In this document: piece by piece, positions 52,398-64,000 of the stretch
How the letters are laid out: each line of letters begins with the position of its first letter
How positions within the stretch are numbered: the first letter of the stretch is position 1
Assembly (NCBI GenBank): GCA_951406725.2
Contig: OX597816.1
Location: forward strand, 166,532,001-166,596,000
DNA length: 64,000 nucleotides
From: Octopus vulgaris
Lineage: Eukaryota
Direction: 5' to 3'
The notes under the pieces: model-generated
What the model saw: only the letters and a program-made list of their open reading frames with translations
Told to the model about the DNA's origin: nothing
Databases searched by the model: none
Made by a program: the position numbers and the translations under genes

Positions 52398-52586
52398 GTG
52401 CAGATTTGTATGTTTTATGTATGTATTCTCATGCATATAGTTACATATCTAGACATGCTCATAAACTTCTTGAAAGTTTTACAAATTTTTACAGGGATGG
52501 ATTGGATGTGTAGTCTTCGAATTAGCTTTCCCCTTTCTGGTTTTGAGAAGCTTAATTTCTCAAGATTGGTATTTAGGCAGTGTGTT
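52398..52586 (-). mobile_element. R4/Dong-like 3' end in (TATG)n
   Basis: Reverse complement of ~32885-33050 (CLNTNLEKLSFSKPERGKLIRRLHIQSI); microsatellite on both sides. Confidence 0.85.
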
Positions 52587-52598
52587 ATATATGTATGC

Positions 52599-52631
<33 letters not shown>

Positions 52632-53489
52632 TGTATGTATGTATGTATGTATGTATGTATGTGTGTATGTATGTATGTGTGTATGTGTGTATGCATGTGT
52701 GTATGTATGTATGTATGTATGTATGTATGAATACAGTAAAATCAATTTATTTACATAACTGTCGATTACATAAGGCCTACGATCGTTTCAATATCCACCT
52801 TCATTCATTTTACAATTAATAGTTGCATTATGAATTTAAAAGTTAGAGATCTCTTCAAGGCTAAAATATTTCTTTACACACATATATATATATATCTTGC
52901 ACTTTGCTTGTCTCGAGGCTTCTTGATATTTCTAGTGAAAGTCGTTGTAGTGTTGTGCAAGGCGCACTTAAAACTCAGGAATGGACATTGCTGACACTTG
53001 TCAGCGATAATTATTCTTGTCTAACAAGTAGATAGCCGTGAAGTGTATATTTACTATGTTTGTATATAAATATGTATTCAGGTATGAATGTCCTTACATA
53101 ACTGAGTCAGTATATATTGACTAAGTACGTATGTACGAATTAATTTATGAAAATATGTAAATATGTATATGCTTGAGTACATAAATACAAACCTGATACC
53201 AGTTCCAAAATACTCGAGGCATATTCGAAACCGTGTGAAAGCCAGTTACAATATTTTGTCGGAGAGAAAACTTCTCGCTGTTTACAAATAGGATACTCAT
53301 TTATTTATAGAGAGAAGTTTTCTGCATGGCAAAATATAATGAGTGGCCCTGTGAGCTAATTCGATGTATTTAAGCCTTTGCGTCTTCAACAATGTTTTCT
53401 CCAGGACTAAATACAATGAATGACTAACTTAGGCAGGTGAATATGTCTCAAGCATATTTAAGCTGGTAACAATTATATATATATATATA

Positions 53490-53659
53490 GGTGCAAGAGT
53501 GACTGTGTGGTAAGGAGCTTGCTTCCCAAACACATGGTTCCGGGTTCAGTTCCACTCCGTGGCACCTTTAGTAAGAGTCCTCTCCTATAGCTCGGGCCGA
53601 CCAAAGCCTTGCGAGTGGATTTGGTAGACGGAAACTGAAAGAAGCCCATCGTGTATATA

Positions 53660-53697
<38 letters not shown>

Positions 53698-54047
53698 ACT
53701 CCAAGAAAGTTAGGGGTTGTGAGTCCAACCCATTTTTATTTGCAATATATATATATATATAAAAATTAACGGAATGAGATAAAAAAAATCCAAGGCTGTG
53801 AAAGATTTCCGAACATTTATAAAGAGATGCTCTTACAGCTGTTTCCGGGACATTTTGTATATCCCTTCATCAGCGACGGTGCGAGAAAATGGTTAAGCAA
53901 TGGTTATTATAGAGAAGATATGAAATACTGAGTGAAGTGGAGGAATGAAAACAGGTATGAGATACATAAGGATTTTGTATCTGCAGTTTCATTATTTAAG
54001 CAGAATGGTATATATACAAGTTTCCTATACCTTGCGTGTGAGTTCCA

Positions 54048-54145
<98 letters not shown>

Positions 54146-54310
54146 GTGTCTGTCTTTGAAAATCGATCTAGGTGTAACTTAGCGGTTCGGCAAAAAGAAA
54201 CCGATAGAATAAGTACTAGGCTTACAAAGAATAAGTCATGGGGTCGTTTTGTTCGACTAAAGGCGGTGCTCCAGCATAGCCGCAATCAAATGACTGAAAC
54301 AAGTGAAAGA
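53490..54310 (+). mobile_element. SINE family B split at its internal microsatellite by a PLE fragment (~53760-54048, minus)
   Basis: Head 53490-53652, tail 54140-54310, hammerhead-bearing insert between. Confidence 0.7.
53831..53876 (-). ncRNA. Type I hammerhead motif
   Basis: Minus tcg-CTGATGA-a-gggatat-acaaa-atgtccc-g-GAAA-cagct-GTA-aga; palindromic ACAGCTGT. Confidence 0.75.
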
Positions 54311-54325
54311 AAAATTATGTACATA

Positions 54326-55107
54326 TAAGGATGCCCAAAAGTCACGAGACCATTATGTACAATATTAACTTTTTTACAATTAATTTTTCATTTGTTTTCC
54401 TTTCAGATCATTGACATGTAATTCTTGGAAAATTATCAGAGAAATCCACGAAATTGCAATGAGTAATAATAATTCAATCTACAAAAAATCAACGATCAGT
54501 TGTACTAACCAAAGAGCTTACATTCGTCATTTTCAGATCAGACAACCACCATCTAAGCAAACGACACAACATAATCCAGCGGTTTGAAGGATGAGAGGCT
54601 GTGATTGATTTACTACGTGTGGGAAGGTCACATTCAGGGAGGTCTCATGGTAATAGCCAGTGTGTACAGTGGAGTATTGAAGGAGAGCCACCAGCATCTG
54701 TCCGAAAGCTCACGACAGAGAACTTAAAGGATGATGGATTTATTTCCATATAAAATTCAGCTAGTGCAGGAACTGAAGCCAACAGATTATTGGATAGAAT
54801 TCGTGTCTGCTGTCCAGACACTTGACTTTTTCTTGTTGGAATATCTGAAAGACAGAGTATACCATAACAAACTTGGGTCCATCCAGCAGTTGAAGACGAA
54901 GAAATTGATGGGGTAAGTCAAGAAACGTTAGGAATGGTGATGGGACCCTGGAAAAAGTTCAACATTCTCAAGAACGAAAGGATGGCCATTTGAAAGGACA
55001 TCATTTTCAAAACTAATTCAAAATGTTTTCAAAAGAGTGCATTTATTGTTTATAAAAGAATAAAGGTGAATATTATGAAATTGTCTTGTGACTTTTGGGC
55101 TACCCTG
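54326..55107 (+). mobile_element. Internally deleted Tc1/mariner-superfamily element (DD41D-like)
   Basis: TIRs gcccaaaagtcacgagac / gtcttgtgacttttgggc; LFPYKIQLVQELKPTDY, DFFLLEYLKDRVY. Confidence 0.8.
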
Positions 55108-55138
55108 TGTATGTATATATATATATCCACATATACAT

Positions 55139-55183
<45 letters not shown>

Positions 55184-55403
55184 AATATAAACAAAAAAGG
55201 GTAATAATATAGATTACTACCAGTGGCTCAGCACAAAAGACGAATTAGTCATTAGACAAAATATTATTCATGTATAAATATAATTAAGGGCTCCTAAATA
55301 AGGATGCCAAGTGCTGGGAACACAAAAAGGAGATAAATTTATCGAGAGTGAAAATCAAAAACATTTACCGATAACTTTACATCTCTTTACATAACTTTAC
55401 ATA

Positions 55404-55444
<41 letters not shown>

Positions 55445-55797
55445 GTGTGTAGATGTATATATGTGTGTGTGTGTGCGTTTATGTTTAAGTGTGTACTCCT
55501 ATAGATGAATGCATTCATATGTCCACCCAATTAATGTGTCGATGTATGTGCAAGTATTAGTATTTATAGAGCTGTTACATTTACATGCTCTTTACGACCG
55601 AAGTCAACGCTTGCAACAATTTATTAATTTATTTCTTATTTATCGATCGCTCGTCTCATTGTATTTATAAAGAGGTTCCACAAAATCTGTGTCGTCAGTC
55701 AATACGTTTGGGTTGTCTGACATGATTAAACGACCAATTGAAACTTAAAAAGAAAGCAATAAGAATCACAGCTACAACTACAACAATAAAACATACA

Positions 55798-55865
<68 letters not shown>

Positions 55866-56218
55866 CAAACAAAACAAAATAAAAAGACAGAAGGGGAATA
55901 GTATCTACTGAAAATCACCTTCTTCTCCACCACACCCAACAGCAAATGAATTGATGATATAACTGAATGTGTAAACCCAACGCCACTCACAGCTAGTCAA
56001 GCCCCCAAACCAGGTAACATCTTTCAAACTTGTACTTTAATATCTTTTTTCTTTATTTCATGTTCCCAAATTGTTTTGGGCATTTTACATTTTACACAGA
56101 CCACAACATATTTAGACACCATCTAAACTTCTAGTTTATGCATTATATCTATATTTTTTTAATTCGCATTCATATCGCTTGCTTAGCCTTCATATCATAG
56201 CATTATCATTGTATATTT

Positions 56219-57023
56219 AAGGTGGTGAGCTGGCAGGAACGTTGGCACCCCGGGCGAAATGCTTAGCAGTATTTCGTCTGCTGTTACGTTCTGAGTTCAA
56301 ATTCCGTCGAGGCCGACTTTGCCTTTCATCCTTTCGGGGTCGATTAAATAAGTACCAGTTACGCACTGGCGTCGCTATAATCAACTTAATCCGTTTGTCT
56401 GTCCTTGTTTGTCCCCTCTGTATTTAGCCCCTTATGGGTAGTAAAGAAATAGGTATTTCGTCTGCCGCTACGTTCTGAGTTCAAATTCCGCCGAGGCCGA
56501 CTTTGCCTTTCATTCTTTCGGGGTCAATTAAATAAGTACCAGTTGCGCACTGAGGTCGATATAATCGACTTAATCCGTTTGTCTGTCCTTGTTTGTCCCC
56601 TCTGTATTTAGCCCCTTGTGGGTAGTAAAGAAATAGGTATTTCGTCTGCCGTTACGTTCTGGGTTCAAATTCCGCCGAGGTCGACTTTGCCTTCCATCCT
56701 TTCAGGGTCGATAAATTAAGTACCATCGTCGTTATGGAGTCACTCTAATCGACTGGCCCCACTCCCCCAAATTTTCGAGCCTTGTGCCTAGAGTAGAAAA
56801 GAATATTTAAGGTGGCGAGCTGGTAGAAATGTTAGCACGCCGGGCGAAATGCTTAACGGTACTTCGTCTGTCTTTACGTTCTGAGTTCAAATTCCGCTGA
56901 GGTCGAGTTTGCCTTTCATCCTTTCGGAGTCGATAAATTAAGCACCGGCTTCGTACCGGGGTCGATCTAATCGACTGGCCCCCTCCCCCAAAATTTCGCG
57001 CTTTGTGCCTAAATTAGAAAAGA
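56219..57023 (+). mobile_element. Trimeric SINE family A followed by a monomer
   Basis: Units start at 56269, 56453 and 56637 (184-bp period); new head at ~56809. Confidence 0.9.
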
Positions 57024-57088
57024 GTATAACATGCAATATACAATATGTTACTGTAATGATATAATGTAGAATATATAACCATCAAGAT

Positions 57089-57387
57089 CAGTGTTTCTCA
57101 ACCCTCTTTTGTTTTGCCTATAGACCCCTTTGGTTCCTATTTTAATCGATGGAGTGGGGACCGTCATGGCCATTCGACGCCTATAAACTCCCATCACATT
57201 TTTATGAGTAAATGATATCAGGAACCGTAAAAAGTTTTTAATATTTTGTGTATTTCAGAAATGTAAGCCATTTATTGCGTATAGATTTCAACAACAAAAC
57301 CTTATATGAACCCCCAAGGGCCACATAGGTCCCCAAAGGACCATATGGACCTCCAAGGGCCATATGGACCCCAGTTGAGAATCACAG
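57089..57387. mobile_element. hAT (Charlie-like) MITE
   Basis: TIRs cagtgtttctcaac / gttgagaatcacag; flanks atcaagat / gtccagac resemble NTCTAGAN; subterminal ccatatggaccccc-type repeats. Confidence 0.75.
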
Positions 57388-57854
57388 GTCCAGACGATGA
57401 AAACATAAAGTTACAACCATCGAAATAACAAACTACTAAATATATCAAACATTACAGTAATGACAATACATATATATAACGTATAAGTTGTGGTGGGAAT
57501 AGTATTTGTGGATCTCCGTCGCTCGACAATGAGGATTCAGTTGCTCGATCAAGAGAATTATTTTCCCCTGAATTAATGGGTAAGCAGCTGATCTTGACAG
57601 TCACATGTACCGTTAAAAATTGGCACTCTATCGGTTACGACGGCGAGGGTTCCAGTTGAGTTACTCCACAGGCACGCCCGCCATTAATGTTTTGAAGTGG
57701 AACATTTTGAAGCTTTTATCAGAGCATATTACTGTGAATATGTGTGTGTATGGGTTTATGTATGCGTATTGTGTGTGTGCATGTGTGTGTATGTGTATGT
57801 GTGTATGCATATGTGTATGAGTCTGCGTCCGAGTGTATGTGTGTGTGTATGTGT

Positions 57855-58203
57855 TTGGGCAAGTGTCTTCTATTACAGCCTTGGATTTGGTAAAAGGAAA
57901 ATGAAAGAAGCCCGTCGTTTGTGTGTGTGTGTGTGTTTGCCCCACCCCACTCCAACATCGCTTCACAACATCGCTTAAGGTGGCGAGCTGGTAGAAAGGT
58001 TAGCACGCCGGGCGAAATGCTTAGCGGTACTTCGTCTGTCTTGATGTGTTTACGGCCCTATAACTTAGCGGTCCGGCAAAAGAAACCGATATAATAAGTA
58101 CTAGGCTTACAAAGCATAAGTCCTGGGGTCGATTTGTTCGACTTAAGATGGTGCTCCAGCATGGCCGCAGTCAAATGACTGCAACAAGTAAAAGAATAAA
58201 AAA
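57855..58203 (+). mobile_element. SINE B body with an inserted SINE A head (57977-58041)
   Basis: caacatcgctt is duplicated just before the inserted A head. Confidence 0.7.
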
Positions 58204-59045
58204 GTAACATACATACACATTCACACACATAAATACAAAGAGACATACAAGCACACGCTTACATACATACATACATACATACAAACATAAATACATACAT
58301 ACATACATACATACATACATTCATACATTCATACATACATACATACATACATACATTCATACATACATACATACATACATACATACATACATACATACAT
58401 ACATACACGACTGACCTCTTAACCGTTTTTGTTTACCGAATTCACTCACTTTTCCAAGGAGCCATACAGGAATCGAAAACCACGTGATTGCAAACCGGAC
58501 ATTCACACGCTGGCAGCTATGCCTGCGCCCAGTATCGACGGATCTCGTCTAATATTTCCTCACTGACTTAATGTACAAAGACCAATGACAGCTTATGCTT
58601 ATCATGTCCTACCTTGTCGTTACTTCGACGTTAATGGGAAAGCAATTGTCGTTCATGTATCTTTCTGTCATCAGAAGAAATTGTCAAAGATACGATAAAA
58701 ATAAAACTAATTCTTTAATAATCACAAAAACTAATCACATATTTCAGGCGAATGAAACCCTGTTTAATAACCCGCTGAGAATTTTGACAAACTCATTCTG
58801 AATCAGGAGGTTATGGCAGCCATCACTCATATATGCCGGGACCGCCACTACTAACACTCTCATGCGTTCTATAATAGCAGCAGCAGCAGTAGTAGCAGTA
58901 GTAGTGGCGGCGGTGGTGGTGGAACATGGTCGGCGACTACTGTGCAAAAACCGGCTGTGTGTTTGTGTGTATACATACATATAATAAATTGAAAAGATAG
59001 AGTCAGCTATTTAATAAACACTGTACATGTTCGATAAGGGAATAC

Positions 59046-59099
<54 letters not shown>

Positions 59100-59674
59100 C
59101 TTTGCCGTTCCCTGTCTGTCCCTCACTTTTCCGCCTTTGCTCTCTCGTTCCTCGCACGTAACCATCGGCCATCTTTTTTCTCCTAACTTGAATTTCTTTC
59201 TTTCTTTCTTTCTTTCTGATCAGCCACAGGGATAAGACGCATTCTTGTCTATCTCCTGCCAGAGATTGTTCCACCGCGTCCACCAACTCAACTCGTTCAA
59301 GCTTAGCAGCCCTTCCTGTTTGTTTCCACCGTCCTATTTTTGTTACCAATTTTGACCCTCCGCAAAATCCCAAATTTCATTTAATTTGCTTTGCAGGAAC
59401 AACTGTTTTGTCGAAAACGTATCTTATGAATTGCTCGAAATACGAAGTAGAAACACAACCGGCAACTGATGAAGGGTCGTTTTTTATGCTGAAGTAGAAA
59501 CACAACCGGCAACTGATGAAGGGTCGTTTTTTATGCTGCTTGTCTTGTTTGTTTCTTTCGTTATTCGCAAACATTTTCGTATTCCATGTTTTCGTAATTC
59601 ATGTTTACGCTTTGTTGTATTCTATGCCCATATATGCATCTGTATATACAGATATATGTATGTATGTATGTATG

Positions 59675-59708
<34 letters not shown>

Positions 59709-59810
59709 TGTATGTATGTATGTATGTATGTATGTATGTATGTGTGTGTATGTATGTATGTATGTATGCAGTGAGAATTTACAAAAAATATATGGTTCCA
59801 TATATATATA

Positions 59811-59844
<34 letters not shown>

Positions 59845-59965
59845 GTTCCATACATACATGATTCCATATTTATGTGGTTCAAATTTGCAGAAAACAAAAG
59901 ACGAAGATAAGTGTAGGGGGAAAAAGCAGCTGTATTAGTTTAAAGCTGGGGAAAATTGGAAATGA

Positions 59966-60001
59966 CTTTTACGTTTCGAGCCTACGCTCTTCCACAGAAA
60001 G
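59966..60001 (-). ncRNA. Minimal hammerhead variant in PLE tail
   Basis: Minus cttt-CTGTGGA-a-gagc-gtag-gctc-GAAA-c-GTA-aaag; A6 position is T. Confidence 0.6.
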
Positions 60002-60801
60002 GAGCACAGAAAGAAACAAGGAGAGAAAATAAGAAGAGAAAATAAAGAGAGAATAACAATTTCTTCTTTTGCTAGTGTCTCAAATTTAGGTTAGATCAGT
60101 GTTTCTTAAAGGGAAGGCCTATGGGACGGTCAGACAAGTCGTTTTGAGAAAATTTGGTTTAAATGTCTGGCAACTCAGCACCGTTCATTGGACGGGGGAG
60201 CGTTTTGCTCGTACATATGATATTGAAGAAGGATAGCTTCTTGCAGTGAGAGCGGAATTGATTGCGAGGTGTATTAATTTAACGGTTAGGTAAATGGATA
60301 AATTGATTAAATAACTAAACACGTAGTAGTCAGCGTGTTTCAATAATTCAATAAATTAAACGTGATGGAATGGTTATTTATGGAATCAACATGTGATAAG
60401 GTAAAGACATACGACAGAGATATGATATATAAATGCACGTTGAAGATGGAAGTGGATAATAACTGCTCTGGAAAGTGACGCTAAGGTATAAAGTGTTGTG
60501 TGATATAGAATATGACATGGTACAGGGTTGAGGCGGAAGTGTTATATAATTAATTTTTCCCCCTCCAGCAGCCCCAAGGATTAAATAATGTATTCATAGT
60601 GTAAGGACAGGCACAAAGAACAAGAAGTGGCGAAATATAGAAGACCTAAAGTCTTGATGTTGAATGCCTGTGTATTTGAAATAGGAGTTCCCGAGAATTC
60701 GAGTTGGTTACAGCAGCTGGTTGAATTTGGGATTAGTGAAATTTAAATGTTATGTGTGGTTAAGATGCTCACTTTGCAGCCATGTGCCTTTAGTAGAAAG
60801 G

Positions 60802-60879
<78 letters not shown>

Positions 60880-61349
60880 GAGTGAGAGAGCAGTTCATGC
60901 CATCAAAGTGACACTGGGGTAAAATATACGAAGCCCAATATACCCATCATGACTACCCGTCTGATAAAGGTACACCAGGCACATGCATCACAACCATATG
61001 GGCGCGACATGGTGATCTCATATCAAGATAAACAGCACATGACCTTGCAGGTGGGTCCCAGTTAGAATTTTCTTCAGGTTGAGTAGCCCATCCCACTCAA
61101 AAGGTCCCTGAATAAGGGTTGTTTAAGGATGTTGAAAGAACCACCCATGTTTCCAGAGGTGAATTATTCAAACCCCAAAGAATCCCTCTCAACACATGGC
61201 TATGATGCTCCCCCACTACTTCTGCTCGTGATCAGAGATGCACATATCGTCAGTCACTAAGGGACATGCTCAACTGGTTAAAGTCAAACAACTGACAAGC
61301 AAATCTGTGGTATTGAGCAGAATATTTGCTGTAGCCCATCTTTTATACC

Positions 61350-61352
<3 letters not shown>
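60880..61352 (-). mobile_element. (TAA)n-flanked non-coding retroposon, copy 2 (5'-truncated)
   Basis: Reverse complement of ~1673-2146; (TTA)n on both sides. Confidence 0.9.
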
Positions 61353-61398
<46 letters not shown>

Positions 61399-61537
61399 TT
61401 GTTTGTTCTTAATCTGCTTGTTTGTTACAATCACGTGCCGAGACACACCCAGCATCTTGGGGCGAGTGACTTCTTTTCTAACCTTGCGCCAATCAACGCT
61501 TTGTGAATTTGGTAGACGGAAACTATGTGGAAGTCAG

Positions 61538-61595
<58 letters not shown>

Positions 61596-61798
61596 ATTAT
61601 ATATATATATATGTATGTATGTATGTGTACATGCACGCGCGCGCGCGCCAGCACACACATATGTGTGTGTTGTTGCAGTGAGTCCAGCAGTACACCACCA
61701 AACACCTCGGTGGCATTTGAACTCAAAGCGAAAAGAGGCGGAAGAAATCCTGCTAAGCAATGTGTCCATTGCACTAACGATTTTGCCATGTCGCCTCG

Positions 61799-61845
<47 letters not shown>

Positions 61846-62400
61846 GAGTGAGAGAGCAGTGCATGCCATCAAAGTGACACTGGAGTAAAATATACGAAGC
61901 CCAATATACCCATCATGACTACCCGTCTGATAAAGGTACACCAGGCACATGCATCACAACCATATGGGCGCGACATGGTGATCTCATATCAAGATAAACA
62001 GCACATGACCTTGCAGGTGGGGCCCAGTTAGAATTTTCTTCAGGTTGAGTAGCCCATCCTGCTCAAACGGTCCCTGAATAAGGGTTGCTTTAGGATGTTG
62101 AACGAAACACCTATGTTTCCAGAGGTGAATTATTCAAACTCCAAAGAATCCCTCTCAACACATGGCCATGATGCTCCCCCACTACTTCTGCTCGTGATCA
62201 GAGATGCACATATCGTCAGCCACTAAGGGACATGCTCAACTGGTTAAGGTCAAACAACTGACAAGCAAATCTGTGGTATTGAGCAGAATATTTGCTGTAG
62301 CCCATCTTTTATACCAAGACAAAACAATGTACATGATAACACTTCCAATCAGTTAAGATCAGAAGCCATGAGAGCCACTGCCTGGTACTGCATCAGGGCA
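61846..62400 (-). mobile_element. (TAA)n-flanked non-coding retroposon, copy 3 (full length)
   Basis: Reverse complement of 1591-2146. Confidence 0.9.
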
Positions 62401-62404
62401 TATT

Positions 62405-62626
62405 GCAAATCTGTGGTATTGAGCAGAATATTTGCTGTAGCCCATCTTTTATACCAAGACAAATGTAGCCCATCTTTTATACCAAGACAAATGTAGCCCA
62501 TCTTTTATACCAAGACAAATGTAGCCCATCTTTTATACCAAGACAAATGTAGCCCATCTTTTATACCAAGACAAATGTAGCCCATCTTTTATACCAAGAC
62601 AAATGTAGCCCATCTTTTATACCAAG

Positions 62627-62627
<1 letters not shown>
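62405..62627 (-). repeat. Duplicated internal piece plus six 28-bp tandem units of the same element
   Basis: aaatgtagcccatcttttataccaagac at 62461, 62489, 62517, 62545, 62573 and 62601. Confidence 0.9.
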
Positions 62628-62658
<31 letters not shown>

Positions 62659-62684
62659 CATTATTATTATTATTATTATTCTTA

Positions 62685-63100
62685 CTGGCAGCACGCCGAG
62701 CAAAATGCTTAGCGGCATTTCGTCCGTCTATTGATCTGAAAAGATCTGAGTTCAAATTCCGCCGAGGTCGACTTTATATTTCATCCTTTCGGGGTCGATG
62801 AAATAAGTACCAGTTACGTACTGGGGTTGATATAATCGACTAGCTCCCTCCCCAACAATTTCAAGCCTTGTGCCTATAATAGGAAGGATTATTACAATTA
62901 CTGTTAGCAGACTCGTTAGCACGCCTGGCGAAATGCTCAGCGGTATTTCGTCCGTCGCTACATTCTGAGTTCAAATTCCGCCGAGGTTGACTTTGCCTTT
63001 CATCCTTTCAGGGTCGATAAATTAAGTACCAGTGAAACACTGGGATCGATGTAATCGACTAGTTCACTCCCACCAAATTTCATGCCTTGTGCCTTTAGAG
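62685..63100 (+). mobile_element. Two SINE family A monomers
   Basis: Core plus tail-2 matches. Confidence 0.8.
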
Positions 63101-63120
63101 GGTTATCATCATCATCATCG

Positions 63121-63169
<49 letters not shown>

Positions 63170-63194
63170 TATTATTATTTATTTATTTAGTTAT

Positions 63195-64000
63195 TTATTA
63201 GTTTGTTTTCAATCTGCTTCTTTGTTACAATCACCGTGTAGAGACACACCCAGCATCCTGGGGCGAGTGAAGGATAAGAGATGTTACAGTTTGACTGGAA
63301 GTTTGGGGAGGGGAAGTATCTTCATGTAATACAACACAGACATTTAAATGGATAGGGTTTTCCTAAGGATGTGGGCAGTACTTGTCAGCATAATTTTTTG
63401 GATTTCTCTGAGACATGGTTCTTCTGAGATCTTATCTAGATGTTTCTGACATCCCTTTTTAATCATACATAGAGCACCGACAATAACAGGAACAGTTTTC
63501 GCTCTAAGATGAAGACATCTTTTGTATTTCAATTTCCAGGTCCTTATATTTACTTAACATATATATATTTTTTATCAGTAGGAACACTTAGATCTAATAG
63601 TCTACAAGTATTTTCTTCTCTGTCTTTAATAATTACGTCTCATCGATTATCCTGGATCGTTCTGTCAATGTTGACTGGAAAATCCAAGAGGATAGTGACA
63701 TTTTTACCTTCAACGACTGGCTCAGAGTGATGTTCATACCAGTAAGCTTGAGTACTGATTTTGTAGTGTTTACATATTTTCCAATGTAAATACTACCCTA
63801 CCGTGGTGATTTTTGTATTCGTTTGGTGTCAGCACAGGACATCCTGAGAAAAGATGGTCAATTGTTTCATCAATAGATGACTCTGCATCTAGGGTTAGAA
63901 TCTGCATTTAGAGTCAGAAGCGTTTTGAAGAACCTTAGCTAGGTAAATTTTTGTAAGGAAGCTTTGATCTTGTGTCGCCAATATGAACCCTTCGGTCCTG
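63195..64000 (-). mobile_element. R4/Dong-like LINE 3' portion (runs off the window)
   Basis: GFILATQDQS, TIDHLFSGCPVL, WYEH, DVIIKD..LLDLSVP, VPVIVGAL, LTSTAHILRKTL; ends at TAA/TGA microsatellites; its 3' UTR recurs at ~61393-61470. Confidence 0.9.

Noticed and set aside
59435-59540. Duplicated gaagtagaaac..CTGATGAagggtcg as a hammerhead
   Set aside because: Core halves are present but canonical stems and cleavage triplet are not; treated as a ~47-bp tandem duplication in a probable PLE tail

Overview
AT-rich eukaryotic (animal) DNA made almost entirely of transposable-element remnants and microsatellites. The repeat families look like those I recall from octopus (coleoid cephalopod) genomes; this is inferred, not verified. 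No host protein-coding gene, rRNA, functional tRNA or CRISPR array is supportable, and most ORF-track entries are microsatellite translations. Recognisable contents: several tRNA-derived SINE families (one multimeric, one with three interchangeable tails, one sharing its 3' tail with a CR1-group LINE in the window); R4/Dong-like and HERO-like RLE LINE fragments at (TAA)n or (CATA)n tracts; a 556-bp non-coding (TAA)n-flanked retroposon (3 copies); Penelope-like element (PLE) remnants in (TA)n carrying about 8 minimal or degenerate type I hammerhead ribozyme motifs, including an open 322-codon thumb+GIY-YIG frame without an RT core; mariner, Tc1-like, piggyBac, hAT and Tigger DNA transposons; five Helitron pieces; and a CsRn1-clade Gypsy relic rearranged into a foldback by inverted copies of its own LTR. 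Coordinates were read by eye, so boundaries of decayed elements are approximate.
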